From positions 1 through 61,847 of the forward strand of contig JAZKAA010000001.1 in NCBI GenBank assembly GCA_040389385.1: DNA of 61,847 bases. The letters run 5' to 3'. The notes beneath the pieces were generated by a model, which worked only from the letters and a program-made list of their open reading frames with translations, was not told the origin of the DNA and ran no database searches. The stretch comes from Patescibacteria group bacterium. GTDB taxonomy: Bacteria > Patescibacteriota > Minisyncoccia > Phycocordibacterales > SBAW01. Positions 52,988-61,847 of the stretch are shown in pieces. A program made the translations under genes and the position numbers. Each line of letters begins with the position of its first letter. Position 1 is the first letter of the stretch.

Positions 52988-55936
52988 TTAGAGGGCCTTT
53001 AGGGCTTCCGCAACCAGCGACAGCTCGCCGTTGCGGTTACTTAAGCGCCCTTTGAGGGCTATGCACGACTCCGGTTGCAGCAGACTTTTGTATTGCTCAA
53101 ATGTTTTAGGAAATACCACCGCCTCTATCGTGCCCGCGTAGTCCGACAACTTGATAAATGCCATCTGGTCGCCGCCCTTGGTAAGTATCGTGCGCACATC
53201 CTGCACCATCCCCGCGGTAACCGTAGTGATGCCGGGGTGCACGTTAGTAAGCAGCTCGCCGATATTTTTGGGCGCGTTGCTTTTTAGTAGTGCCGCATCA
53301 ATCTTTTCTTTATACCTATCGAGCGGATGGCCGGAGATATACAGACCAAGCAACTCCTTTTCCCATGCCAAGCGGTCCTGCATGCTCGCTTCGGGTGCGG
53401 CAGGGAGCTTAAGCTCCTGCGCCTCGGCCATACCCGCAAAGAGGGAGTCGTGGCCCGAGTCGGCGCCCGCGTCGCGATAAAACTGCAGCAGCAGGTCCAT
53501 ACTCGCGAGCATCTGACCTCTCTCGCCCATACTGTCGAGCGCGCCGCACATGATTAAACTTTCGAGTCCCTTTTTATTTAAGCCCTGCGTTTTGATTCTA
53601 CTCAAAAAGTCGGACAGCGAGGTAAACGGTCCGCTCGCCTTGTGCTCTTTTATAATCTCGTCGGCCACGCCGCGTCCAAAGTTTTTAATCGAGTAGAGTC
53701 CAAACCGTATCGAGCCGGGTAGTATCACAGTAAAGTCGCCAAAGCTCTCGTTAACATCCGGCGGCAATATAATCAGCCCCATGCGTTTGCACTCATGCAC
53801 CATCGTGGCCACCGTATCAACATCGCCGGCCTCGGCGGTGAGTACCGCCGCCATGTACTCAACCGTGTAGTTTGCCTTCATATACGCGGTTTGGTATGCC
53901 ACGCGGCCATAACTCGCCGAGTGCGCCTTGTTAAACCCGTACGCGGCAAACGGCTCTATCCACTCCCATACCTGCTCGGCCTTGCGCTGCGGCCAGCGGC
54001 TTGTGACCACGCAGCCTTTTATAAACTTTTCTTTTTGTGCGGCCATTTCGGCGGGGATCTTTTTGCCCACCGCCTTGCGGAACTTGTCCACGTCGCCCCA
54101 GCTGTAGCCTGCCAAGTCGTGCGCAATTATAAGCAAGTCGTCTTGGTAGACCAAAATTCCGTACGTCTGTTTGAGTATCGGCTCCATCGCCGGGTCAAAG
54201 TAGCGTATAAGGTGCGGCGAGTGCTTGCGCTCGATGTACTGCGGGATAAATTGCATGGGCCCCGGGCGGTACAGTGCGACCATCGCGTTGATGTCGTGGA
54301 TGCTTGTCGGCTTGAGCTCTTTTAAAAACCGCGTCATGCCCGCGCCGTTGAGCTGGAAGGTGGCCTCCGTCTCGCCGCGCGTGAGCATCTCGTACGTCTT
54401 TTTGTCATCCAAGGGTATTGTCTCTATGTCGAGCGGTACATTGCGCAGCTTGCGCACCAGCTTGACCGCGCTCGCCAGCATAGTGAGGTTGCGTATGCCC
54501 AAAAAGTCAAACTTGGTCAGGCCCACGCCGTCCTCGCCCACCGCATACATGTCGTACTGGGTGATGATTTTGCCGCCCTTTGGGTCGAGCTGGAGCGGCG
54601 TGTACTCCACGAGCGGGGCAGGGGCTACCACTACGCCCGCCGCGTGCACACCCACGTGCCGCGCGCAGCCCTCTATTTTGCGGCCCAGCTCTATGACCTC
54701 GCGCACGTCCGGCTCGGCGTCGTACATCTTTTTTAAATCGGGTGCCTCTTCGAGCGCGCGCTCCAGTGTCATAGGGAATCCCTGTGAGCCGATGGGTATT
54801 TCCTTGGCAATGCGGTCGCCGAGTCCATACGGGTAGCCGAGCGCGCGTGCGACATCGCGCACCACGCCGCGCGCGAGCATCGTGCCAAAGGTCCCAATCT
54901 GCGCCACACGGTCGCCGCCGTACTTAGCCCTGGTGTACTCAATCACCTCGTCGCGCCTGTCGTCGGCAAAGTCCATGTCGATATCGGGCGCCGACGGCCG
55001 CTCGGGGTTTAAAAACCGCTCAAACGGGATGTTGTACTCCAAGGGATCAATCTTGGTTATCTGCAGCAAGTAAGTGACTATCGAGCCCGCAACCGAGCCG
55101 CGGATGTTGGTATATATATCGTGCTCGCGCGCAAAACGTATCAGGTCCTCCACGACCAAAAAGTATGCCGCATAGCCTTTAAAAGCGATAATACCTAACT
55201 CGTACTCCAGCCGCTCTGCTACGTCGGGGCGGCCCTCCATGCCGCGGACTCTGAGCCCTGCCATGCACAGCTCGCGCAAGAGTTCGTCGGCGGTTGTCCC
55301 TTTGGGCAGCGGATACTCGGGGAAGACAAATGTGCCGAGCACTATCTCAAGGTTGCACTGGTCTGCCACTTCGATAGTTTTGGCGAGCTGCTCGGGACTA
55401 AACTGCGCGGCCATCTCACTCACGGAGTAAAAGTGATGACTTTCCTCGACATCATTGATGTCGCCGTCGTCGGCCGGCCCACGGTTGGCAATGGCGCGCA
55501 TGGTCTCCCATGCGCGGGCGTCGTCGGGCGCCAAGTAAAAAGTCTCATGGAGCGCCACGGTTGTGTCGCGCGGGTCGAGTATTACAAGCCCGTCGCTGTG
55601 TGCTTCCAGCTCGGGGCGGGTGAGAGGGCGACCCTCGGCCGACTCGATATGGGTGAGCGTTACTATCTTGAGCAGGTTTTTGTAGCCCGCGGTGTTTTTA
55701 GCGTACAAAAGCAGGCGGCCATTCTCGACGCTCGCGTCCAACCCGATAATAGGTTTTATCCCTGCACTCGTGCACTCACGATAAAAGTCGATAGCGCCGT
55801 ACAGGTTATCGATGTCGGTCAGGGCAAGCGCGGTGCAGCCCTCTGCCTTGGCCTTTGCAACCAAATCAGGAATCTTAGGCAACGCCTTTAATAGAGAGTA
55901 GTGGCTATGTACATGCAGCGGCACAAAGGCGGACAT
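52988..55936 (-). CDS. dnaE: DNA polymerase III alpha subunit
   Basis: MSAFVPLHVHSHYSLL (PHP domain start), PDIDMDF, GVHAAGVVVAP and FNKAHSASYG. The start was trimmed to the ATG at 55936, so the gene no longer overlaps rnhB. Confidence 0.95.
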   Translation of the reverse strand: MSAFVPLHVHSHYSLLKALPKIPDLVAKAKAEGCTALALTDIDNLYGAIDFYRECTSAGIKPIIGLDASVENGRLLLYAKNTAGYKNLLKIVTLTHIESAEGRPLTRPELEAHSDGLVILDPRDTTVALHETFYLAPDDARAWETMRAIANRGPADDGDINDVEESHHFYSVSEMAAQFSPEQLAKTIEVADQCNLEIVLGTFVFPEYPLPKGTTADELLRELCMAGLRVRGMEGRPDVAERLEYELGIIAFKGYAAYFLVVEDLIRFAREHDIYTNIRGSVAGSIVTYLLQITKIDPLEYNIPFERFLNPERPSAPDIDMDFADDRRDEVIEYTRAKYGGDRVAQIGTFGTMLARGVVRDVARALGYPYGLGDRIAKEIPIGSQGFPMTLERALEEAPDLKKMYDAEPDVREVIELGRKIEGCARHVGVHAAGVVVAPAPLVEYTPLQLDPKGGKIITQYDMYAVGEDGVGLTKFDFLGIRNLTMLASAVKLVRKLRNVPLDIETIPLDDKKTYEMLTRGETEATFQLNGAGMTRFLKELKPTSIHDINAMVALYRPGPMQFIPQYIERKHSPHLIRYFDPAMEPILKQTYGILVYQDDLLIIAHDLAGYSWGDVDKFRKAVGKKIPAEMAAQKEKFIKGCVVTSRWPQRKAEQVWEWIEPFAAYGFNKAHSASYGRVAYQTAYMKANYTVEYMAAVLTAEAGDVDTVATMVHECKRMGLIILPPDVNESFGDFTVILPGSIRFGLYSIKNFGRGVADEIIKEHKASGPFTSLSDFLSRIKTQGLNKKGLESLIMCGALDSMGERGQMLASMDLLLQFYRDAGADSGHDSLFAGMAEAQELKLPAAPEASMQDRLAWEKELLGLYISGHPLDRYKEKIDAALLKSNAPKNIGELLTNVHPGITTVTAGMVQDVRTILTKGGDQMAFIKLSDYAGTIEAVVFPKTFEQYKSLLQPESCIALKGRLSNRNGELSLVAEALKAL

Positions 55937-55958
55937 ATGGGCAGTATATAATAGAGGG

Positions 55959-56588
55959 GTGAAGGGAGTCATTGGGGTAGACGAGGCTGGGAGAGCGCCG
56001 TTGGCGGGCCCGGTATCGGTTGGCCTTATATGGGCTCCCGCCGACATGGACATCCGCGAGGAGTTCCCCGGTGTCAACGACTCCAAGAAGCTCACTCCTG
56101 CAGCTAGGGAGAATATCTACGCGCTTGTAGAGAGCCGCGCTGCGCGCGGCGACATCAAGTTTGTCGCGCGGTTTAGCACGCACCATTATATAGATAGGTA
56201 CGGTATTACCAAGGCGGTGTACCGCGCTATCGAGAGTGGGCTCAAACGCTTGGACGTCTCGCACCACGAAACAGAGGTGCTGATGGACGGGCTACTCAAG
56301 GCACCCAAGCACTGGCCGCAGCAGACCATAATCCGCGGTGACGAAAGCGTGCCGATTATCGGTCTGGCATCTATTGTCGCCAAAGTCCGACGCGACAGGC
56401 TCATGCGGCGCATGGCGCGCGAGTATCCGGCGTACGACTTTGCCCAGCACAAGGGGTACCCAACGCCAGGGCACTATGCGGCGATAGCCGAGCACGGCCT
56501 GTGCGACATACACCGCCGCACCTACTGCAAATTTATGCTAAATGAAGAGGTTGACAACTCGCTTGACGCATTGTCGGAGCGGGTGTAA
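55959..56588 (+). CDS. rnhB: Ribonuclease HII
   Basis: VIGVDEAGRAPLAGPV (the DEAGRG motif), DSKKL, SIVAKVRRD and KGYPTPGH. GTG start. Confidence 0.9.
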   Translation: MKGVIGVDEAGRAPLAGPVSVGLIWAPADMDIREEFPGVNDSKKLTPAARENIYALVESRAARGDIKFVARFSTHHYIDRYGITKAVYRAIESGLKRLDVSHHETEVLMDGLLKAPKHWPQQTIIRGDESVPIIGLASIVAKVRRDRLMRRMAREYPAYDFAQHKGYPTPGHYAAIAEHGLCDIHRRTYCKFMLNEEVDNSLDALSERV

Positions 56589-56663
56589 GTTGGCGGAGGA
56601 TGGTGCGTTGTTTGCCATCCTTCATAGTTGAAATGAACTCTAAAGCCATGGGAGATGTGGCTC

Positions 56664-56846
56664 ATGACGTCAGTATCTACGGAGGATTCGCCAAAAAACG
56701 GTAGTCTCAAGGACTGCGAGGTCCGGGGCTGTCGGGACAAGATGGAATTCGTCGGCGGCCGGTGGCGTTGTTCGGAACGCTGCGTCGACAAGCGCCGTCG
56801 GGCCGCGCATCCGCCGAGTACGGGACAAGAAGTGCACGTCCAGTAG
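56664..56846 (+). CDS. Possible small Cys-rich protein (60 aa)
   Basis: ATG with GGGAG 9 nt upstream. C-x4-C ... C-x3-C spacing. No homology recognised. Confidence 0.3.
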   Translation: MTSVSTEDSPKNGSLKDCEVRGCRDKMEFVGGRWRCSERCVDKRRRAAHPPSTGQEVHVQ

Positions 56847-56888
56847 CAACAAGTCCCCAACAACATCCAATTTGGACTGGAAAGAACA

Positions 56889-57089
56889 ATGGCGATCGAA
56901 AAGAGACCTATCCACATGTGCGCGTGTGGTTCGACCCGGACACGCAACGGTTCCAGCAAATGGGTTTGCGATGCTGCAGGTGAAGCGTGTCCCGGGAACG
57001 GACTTCCGCTCACGATTCTCAACCTGTCCTCTGAGCGGTTCAGGCATCAGTTCCAGAAAAGAGCCCACGGCGACGCCCTCGCGGACTAA
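56889..57089 (+). CDS. Possible small Cys-rich protein (66 aa)
   Basis: C-x-C ... C-x6-C pattern. Followed by a strong terminator. Weak Shine-Dalgarno sequence. Confidence 0.3.
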   Translation: MAIEKRPIHMCACGSTRTRNGSSKWVCDAAGEACPGNGLPLTILNLSSERFRHQFQKRAHGDALAD

Positions 57090-57097
57090 GCCTGCTC

Positions 57098-57140
57098 ACC
57101 CGCCCGCCCCTGTTTACACAGGGAGCGGGTTTCTTTTTTT
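57098..57140 (+). terminator. Rho-independent terminator
   Basis: ACCCGC..CCCTG / CAGGG.GCGGGT imperfect stem followed by TTTCTTTTTTT. Confidence 0.6.
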
Positions 57141-57165
57141 ACCCCCATATGCTATATATAGAGCC

Positions 57166-57396
57166 ATGGTAGTCCGAATGAGACACACCCGGTCGCAGAC
57201 GGCAAATCGCCGTTCGCATCACGCGCTTAAGGCGCGCTCCCTCGCTATATGCGAGTGCGGCGCTCCCCGCGTGCCTCACCGTGCGTGTGCCTCTTGCGGC
57301 CGCTACCGTGGACGCGTCGTTGTCGATATGGCCAAAAAGGCCCAGGCAAAAGCGGCGCGCAAAGACAAGAGGGCTAAAGCCGAAGCAGCTAAATAA
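57166..57396 (+). CDS. rpmF: 50S ribosomal protein L32 (with Lys-rich C-terminal extension)
   Basis: [23 protein letters not shown]...CECG...H.AC..CG.YRG is the L32 pattern. This is an internal start within the 56872 ORF. Confidence 0.9.
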   Translation: MVVRMRHTRSQTANRRSHHALKARSLAICECGAPRVPHRACASCGRYRGRVVVDMAKKAQAKAARKDKRAKAEAAK

Positions 57397-57447
57397 ATAG
57401 TTAGGGCTTGGGTTTTGGGTCTGTGCAGTTCCTTGTACATCACACAT

Positions 57448-58395
57448 ATGGCAAATCGACACCTATCTCGCTCCGTCGTACTCCAAACACTCTTCGAGTG
57501 GGACTTCCGCAATTACACGGCGGCGCTGGCCGAGGAGGTGCTCGCCCGCAATGCTCTGGACACATCCCCGCAAGGGGGTGCATCGGCCGGCAAGACGGGC
57601 GATTTGCCGTTTATGAGCGAGCTACTCAAAGGCGTGCTCTCGCGCCGCACCGATTTAGACTTGGTGATAGAAAAGGCTGCGCCCGAGTGGCCCATCGCGC
57701 GCATCGCTCCGGTAGACCGCAACGTGCTGCGGCTCGGCCTGTACGAGCTATTGTTTGCCGATAGGGAAAAGGTCCCGGCCAAGGTCGCCATCAACGAGGC
57801 GATAGAGTTGGCCAAAAATTACGGCGGCGAGCACAGCGGCCGCTTTGTCAACGGTGTCTTGGGCGCCGTGTACAAAGAGCTGGGCGAGCCCGGCAAAGAT
57901 GAGGTAAGCAAAAAGAAAAAGGATGTCCCGTACGAGGATATGCCTCAGCAGCTCTTGGGCGGTGCGGTGGTCTACGCGCGCAGTGGCGGCGAGATTTATC
58001 TGGCGTTTGTGCACGATATCTTTGGCCACTGGACATTGAGCAAGGGCAAGATCGGCGACTCGGAGGAGACAAAAGGCGAGTCGGTTGAGGACGGCACGAT
58101 CCGTGAGATTAAAGAGGAGTTGGGCCTGACGGTAGAGCTGGTGGAAAAGCTGGGCGAAAACGAGTACGTCGCCAACGACCCCAAGACCGGCAAAAAGCGC
58201 AAAAAGGTCACGTACTTTTTGGCGGAGAGCAAGTTTGAGCCGTTGACCTTGGAGCAAAAGGGTGGGCTTGATGACGCGCGGTGGTTTAAGATTACCGACG
58301 CGCTTGAGCTCAACTTTTATGAGGACACGCTGCCGCTTATCACCAAGGCGGTGCAAAAGCTGGCCGAGGGCACTAAAAAGAAAGTAAAAGTATAA
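57448..58395 (+). CDS. nusB: NusB antitermination-factor domain fused to a NUDIX hydrolase domain
   Basis: The N-terminal half has RSVVLQTLFEWDF, VDRNVLRLGLYELLF, and AINEAIELAKNYGGEHSGRFVNGVLG (NusB). The C-terminal half has the Nudix box GKIGDSEETKGESVEDGTIREIKEELGL (G-x5-E-x7-R-E-x2-E-E-x-G). Confidence 0.85.
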   Translation: MANRHLSRSVVLQTLFEWDFRNYTAALAEEVLARNALDTSPQGGASAGKTGDLPFMSELLKGVLSRRTDLDLVIEKAAPEWPIARIAPVDRNVLRLGLYELLFADREKVPAKVAINEAIELAKNYGGEHSGRFVNGVLGAVYKELGEPGKDEVSKKKKDVPYEDMPQQLLGGAVVYARSGGEIYLAFVHDIFGHWTLSKGKIGDSEETKGESVEDGTIREIKEELGLTVELVEKLGENEYVANDPKTGKKRKKVTYFLAESKFEPLTLEQKGGLDDARWFKITDALELNFYEDTLPLITKAVQKLAEGTKKKVKV

Positions 58396-58408
58396 CGGTT
58401 CTACACTA

Positions 58409-59101
58409 ATGCCAAAAGATTTTAAGAGTTTTGAGCAGGATACGGGCATCCAGTTTAACGACATCAACCTGCTGCGACAGGCGTTTACCCATCGCAGCTA
58501 TCTCAACGAGCACCGCGGCGAGGTCGCGGGCCACAACGAGCGGCTCGAGTTTTTGGGTGATGCGGTACTGGAGCTTATTTCGACGCGCTTTTTGTTTGAT
58601 ACATTCCCCGACAAGCCCGAGGGCGAGCTGACCGCGTACCGCGCAGCGCTGGTCAATGCGGTCACGTGCGCGGAGATAGCAACCAACTTGGGGATGAACG
58701 AGTACCTGCTTTTGAGCCGCGGCGAGTCCAAAGACACGGGTCGCGCGCGCAGCATTTTGCTTGCGAACGCGTTTGAGGCTTTGATAGGCGCGTTGTATCT
58801 CGACCAAGGGTACGACTCTGCCAAAGGTTTTATAGAGAAGCATCTCTTTCCTAAGATAGACGAGATTATTAAAAAGAGATTGTGGCAGGACCCTAAGTCT
58901 ACGCTGCAAGAAAAGGCTCAAGAGCACGAGGGCGTAACGCCCAGCTACTCGGTGCTGCGCGAGAGCGGCCCCGACCATGCGCGCGAGTTTGTTGTTGGGG
59001 TGTATGTAGGCAAAACAATGGTCGCCGAGGGCGCGGGCAAGTCCAAGCAAGAAGCCGAGCAAGAAGCCGCCCGCACAGGGCTCGAAAAACGGGGGTGGTA
59101 G
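58409..59101 (+). CDS. rnc: Ribonuclease III
   Basis: LLRQAFTHRSY, NERLEFLGDAVLEL, and a C-terminal dsRBD (KSTLQE...GPDHAREF...GAGKSKQEAEQEAA). Confidence 0.95.
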   Translation: MPKDFKSFEQDTGIQFNDINLLRQAFTHRSYLNEHRGEVAGHNERLEFLGDAVLELISTRFLFDTFPDKPEGELTAYRAALVNAVTCAEIATNLGMNEYLLLSRGESKDTGRARSILLANAFEALIGALYLDQGYDSAKGFIEKHLFPKIDEIIKKRLWQDPKSTLQEKAQEHEGVTPSYSVLRESGPDHAREFVVGVYVGKTMVAEGAGKSKQEAEQEAARTGLEKRGW

Positions 59102-59125
59102 AAAAAAGCCGCGTTTTTGCGCAGC

Positions 59126-59443
59126 TTAAGTAATCTTTCCCCCGTACGCCAATGCCTCGAGCATTTCGCGGCTTATGCCGATATCCTCCCAACGCAACCC
59201 AAACTGGAATTGCTCCAGGATGAGGTTGTAGAGCATGATTTGCTCGGTAGACGGCCGGTCGCCCGGCTCGGAGCGGATGCGCCTCAGCCGCTGAACCCAC
59301 GCGCGGCTTTGGCCGATCACGGAGGTGGCATAGTACCCTCTAAAAACTGCCATCTCCTCCGATGGGATCCGCTGGCGTTGAGCTTCTTGTGCTTGGACGG
59401 TTGTTGCAAGAAAAAAAGCGAAGAAAGCGCTGCTGATACGCAT
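59126..59443 (-). CDS. Small secreted hypothetical protein (105 aa)
   Basis: Signal peptide MRISSAFFAFFLATTVQAQ. No recognised motif. Confidence 0.55.
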   Translation of the reverse strand: MRISSAFFAFFLATTVQAQEAQRQRIPSEEMAVFRGYYATSVIGQSRAWVQRLRRIRSEPGDRPSTEQIMLYNLILEQFQFGLRWEDIGISREMLEALAYGGKIT

Positions 59444-59504
59444 GTCGGTCTCCCTCCTGGTCTAGTTTAAGCGTAGCATCGTTTTTGCAGTACAATAGGC
59501 GGAT

Positions 59505-61664
59505 ATGCGCCTAAAGAGCATAGAGCTGGCGGGGTTTAAGTCCTTTGCCAAAAAGACCCCGCTCTCTTTTGACGCCTCTATTGTGGCGGTGGTCGGGCCC
59601 AACGGGTCGGGCAAGAGCAATGTTGCAGAGAGCTTTCGCTTTGTCTTGGGCGAGCAGTCAATGAAGAGTATGCGCGGCAAGCGCGGCGAGGATTTGATAT
59701 GGAATGGTTCGGCAAGCTCACCACGGGGCAACCGCGCCTCGGTCAAGCTCGTTTTTGACAATAGGGCTGTAGGGGGCAAGCGCGCGCTCAACCTCGACTT
59801 TGACGAGGTTTCTTTGGAGCGCGTCGTGCATCGCGACGGCACCAACGACTACCTGCTCAACGGCAGCCAGGTGCGTCTGCGCGACATCGCCGAGCTCTTG
59901 AGTGGCGCCAATGTGGGCTCGAGCGGCCACCATATAATCTCGCAGGGCGAGGCCGACCGCGTCTTGTCTGCCAGCTCGCGCGAGCGCCGCGAAATGTTAG
60001 AAGACGCGCTTGGGCTCACGGCATTTTTGTATAAGAGAGAAGAGGCCGAGCGCAAGTTAGAAAAGTCAGAGGAGAATATAAAGGAGGTCGAGGGCCTGCG
60101 CCGCGAGCTGGCTCCGCATCTTAAGTTTTTGCAATCGCAGGTCAAAAAGATAGAGCAGGCCGAGGTGCTGCGCGAGCAACTGGCGGCCGACTACGCAGCG
60201 TACTTTAAGCGCGAAAGCGTCTATCTTAAGACCGCCCGTGCCGAGCTAGAGCAGCAGAGCGACACTCCGGAGAAGGAGCACAAAGAGCTGGGGCGCACTA
60301 TCGAGCGCCTGCGCGCCAACCTGTCCAAAAAGACAGGCGACGCCGGCGCTCACGAGCTGGTCAGTCTCGAGGAGCGCGGCCGGCTTGCGGCACGCAGGCA
60401 GGGCGAGATAACGAGGGAGTTGGGGCGGCTCGAAGGTGAGATAGCCGCGCACGCGCGGCTTGCGGGGAGCGAGAGCGTGCCCGCTGCCGAGGCCCGAGAT
60501 TTTGGGGAAAAGATATTGAGTTTGGCAGAGGGCTCCAAACTCGCCGAGCTTATAGCATTGGCGCGCCAGTTTTTGCACACAATAGCGCAGAGCGGTAAGA
60601 GCGACTTGCCGGATCTGGAGGCCAAAAAGAAAAAACTCGAGCACGAGCTGGCTGAGGTAACCGCGGAGGAGGAGCGTGTCCGCCGCGAGGTAGCCACGCT
60701 GCGCCAAAAAATAGAGGGCGAAAAGGATGCAAGTAGAGAGGCCGAGCGCGGGCTCTTTGCCGCAATGGCACGCCGCAGCGAGCTGGAGACAACACTGGCA
60801 CGGCTGCGGGGGCAGGGCGAGCTCTTGGCCCGCGACGAGTCACTGTTTAAATCAGATTTGGCCGAGGCGGCCGCTTTGGCAGGGCGCGCGGTACTGGACT
60901 ATGCCGATGCGGCTATAGATATAGACGACGAGCCTCGGAGTGCCCAAGAAGACAGGCGCCGCAAACTCGAGCGCCAAAAGATACGGCTCGAGGAGTCGGG
61001 CACGGCGGGCTCGGGCGACGTGCTCAAGGAGCATCAGGAGGTCACCGAGCGCGATGCGTTCCTCTCGCGCGAGCTGGCGGACCTTGCCGCGAGTATGGAG
61101 TCGCTCAACAAACTAATAGACGAGCTTACAAAGACGCTCGAGACCCGCTTTGGCGACGGGATAGAAAAAATCAACAAACAGTTTGACGCGTTTTTTAAAC
61201 TGATGTTCGGCGGCGGTTCTGCCAGCCTGCAGATAGTCAAAGAGCAAAAGCTGCGCCGGGTTACCGCCGATGTGGGTGACGACACTGATGAGGATGATAT
61301 AGAGGTAGAGGAGGGCGTCGAGATAAGTATCGCGCTGCCGCACAAACGGCTCAAGGGTATCCACATGCTCTCAGGCGGAGAGAGGGCTCTCACCTCTATT
61401 GCGCTTATATTTGCGATGAGCCAGGTCAACCCGCCGCCGTTTCTTATACTCGACGAGACCGACGCCGCTTTGGACGAGGCCAATAGCCGCCGCTATGGCG
61501 ATATGATAGAGACGCTGGCTAAACACTCACAGCTGATTGTCATCACCCACAACCGCGAGACAATGTCCCGCGCCGGCATACTCTACGGAGTAACCATGGG
61601 CCAGGACAGTATTTCTAAACTCCTAACTGTAAAGTTTGAAGACGCCCTCGCAGTAGCAAAATAA
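59505..61664 (+). CDS. smc: SMC-family ATPase, unusually short (719 aa)
   Basis: MRLKSIELAGFKSFAKKT...VVGPNGSGKSNVAESFRFVLGEQSMKSMRG (SMC N-head with Walker A). The C-head has LSGGERALTSIALIFA (signature motif) and FLILDETDAALD (Walker B). The intervening ~430 aa is heptad-like E/R/K/L/A-rich sequence. Confidence 0.85.
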   Translation: MRLKSIELAGFKSFAKKTPLSFDASIVAVVGPNGSGKSNVAESFRFVLGEQSMKSMRGKRGEDLIWNGSASSPRGNRASVKLVFDNRAVGGKRALNLDFDEVSLERVVHRDGTNDYLLNGSQVRLRDIAELLSGANVGSSGHHIISQGEADRVLSASSRERREMLEDALGLTAFLYKREEAERKLEKSEENIKEVEGLRRELAPHLKFLQSQVKKIEQAEVLREQLAADYAAYFKRESVYLKTARAELEQQSDTPEKEHKELGRTIERLRANLSKKTGDAGAHELVSLEERGRLAARRQGEITRELGRLEGEIAAHARLAGSESVPAAEARDFGEKILSLAEGSKLAELIALARQFLHTIAQSGKSDLPDLEAKKKKLEHELAEVTAEEERVRREVATLRQKIEGEKDASREAERGLFAAMARRSELETTLARLRGQGELLARDESLFKSDLAEAAALAGRAVLDYADAAIDIDDEPRSAQEDRRRKLERQKIRLEESGTAGSGDVLKEHQEVTERDAFLSRELADLAASMESLNKLIDELTKTLETRFGDGIEKINKQFDAFFKLMFGGGSASLQIVKEQKLRRVTADVGDDTDEDDIEVEEGVEISIALPHKRLKGIHMLSGGERALTSIALIFAMSQVNPPPFLILDETDAALDEANSRRYGDMIETLAKHSQLIVITHNRETMSRAGILYGVTMGQDSISKLLTVKFEDALAVAK

Positions 61665-61741
61665 AATAATGTAATAAACAAAATGCGTATTATTTCGACT
61701 ATCGTCCGAATAATACGCTATACTACAGGTGTAGATTTGTT

Positions 61742-61847
61742 ATGAGAATTAAAAATTCCAATGTACTGCCCCGCGTCCTTTCTACGCTTAAAAACGCGGC
61801 CATTGCTTTTACATTCGTTGATGCATCTACCTCTCGTGGGATTCATC
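61742..61847 (+). CDS. Possible 5' end of an ORF running off the window
   Basis: ATG followed by an open frame to the window edge (MRIKNSNVLPRVLSTLKNAAIAF...). Too short to judge. Confidence 0.2.
   Translation, partial: MRIKNSNVLPRVLSTLKNAAIAFTFVDASTSRGIH

Noticed and set aside
61685-61718. 12-bp bulged hairpin GCGTATTATTTCG…CGAATAATACGC downstream of smc
   Set aside because: No U-tract follows, and it lies in AT-rich DNA at the window edge. It could be a terminator, an operator or chance. There is not enough evidence to call it.

Overview
All calls below come from reading the sequence and recalling motifs; no database search or folding program was run.

The window is a G+C-rich bacterial contig (well above 50% by eye) containing several short AT-rich islets. 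The gene content resembles a reduced Candidate Phyla Radiation / Patescibacteria (Parcubacteria-like) genome; that placement is an inference. Supporting signs:
- transketolase split into two genes
- a compact sugar-phosphate cluster: gap, rpiB, an rpe-like gene, tkt, pfkB and fba
- shortened housekeeping proteins: EF-Ts (151 aa), RF1 (286 aa), ThrRS without its N-terminal editing region, a 719-aa SMC, and a single-chain PheRS
- very large repetitive surface proteins

TGA is used as a normal stop codon, so this is genetic code 11.

**Layout**
- **1-17521:** two tandem giant ORFs. The first is more than 2649 aa and truncated at its 5' end by the window edge. The second is 3110 aa.
- **17.5-24.2 kb:** small envelope proteins, a translationally coupled gene pair ending in a PaaK/F390-synthetase-like adenylating enzyme, an orphan Bug/TctC-type binding protein, and two convergent, distantly related unknown genes.
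- **24.2-31.5 kb:** the sugar-phosphate cluster. An AT-rich IS200/RAYT-type tyrosine transposase flanked by REP-like hairpins sits between the two transketolase halves.
- **31.5-32.0 kb:** an ORF-free, hairpin-dense interval that looks like an unclassified structured RNA.
- **32-62 kb:** housekeeping genes (rpmE, prfA, rpsB, tsf, tRNA-Thr, pheS, gyrB, thrS, dnaE, rnhB, rpmF, a nusB-NUDIX fusion, rnc, smc). These are interleaved with envelope genes: a lytic transglycosylase, CapA, a GT2 synthase, a sortase, Gly/Tyr-rich secreted proteins and a PRC-barrel protein. Strings of tiny genes, each with its own terminator, also occur here.

**Best candidate for something new:** the giant-protein locus, especially the 3110-aa mosaic of SPRY, LamG-like, discoidin and glycine-rich modules with nested domain insertions. 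Next in interest are the unclassified structured-RNA locus, the single-chain mitochondrial-type PheRS, and the sortase / Gly-Tyr-rich protein neighbourhood.
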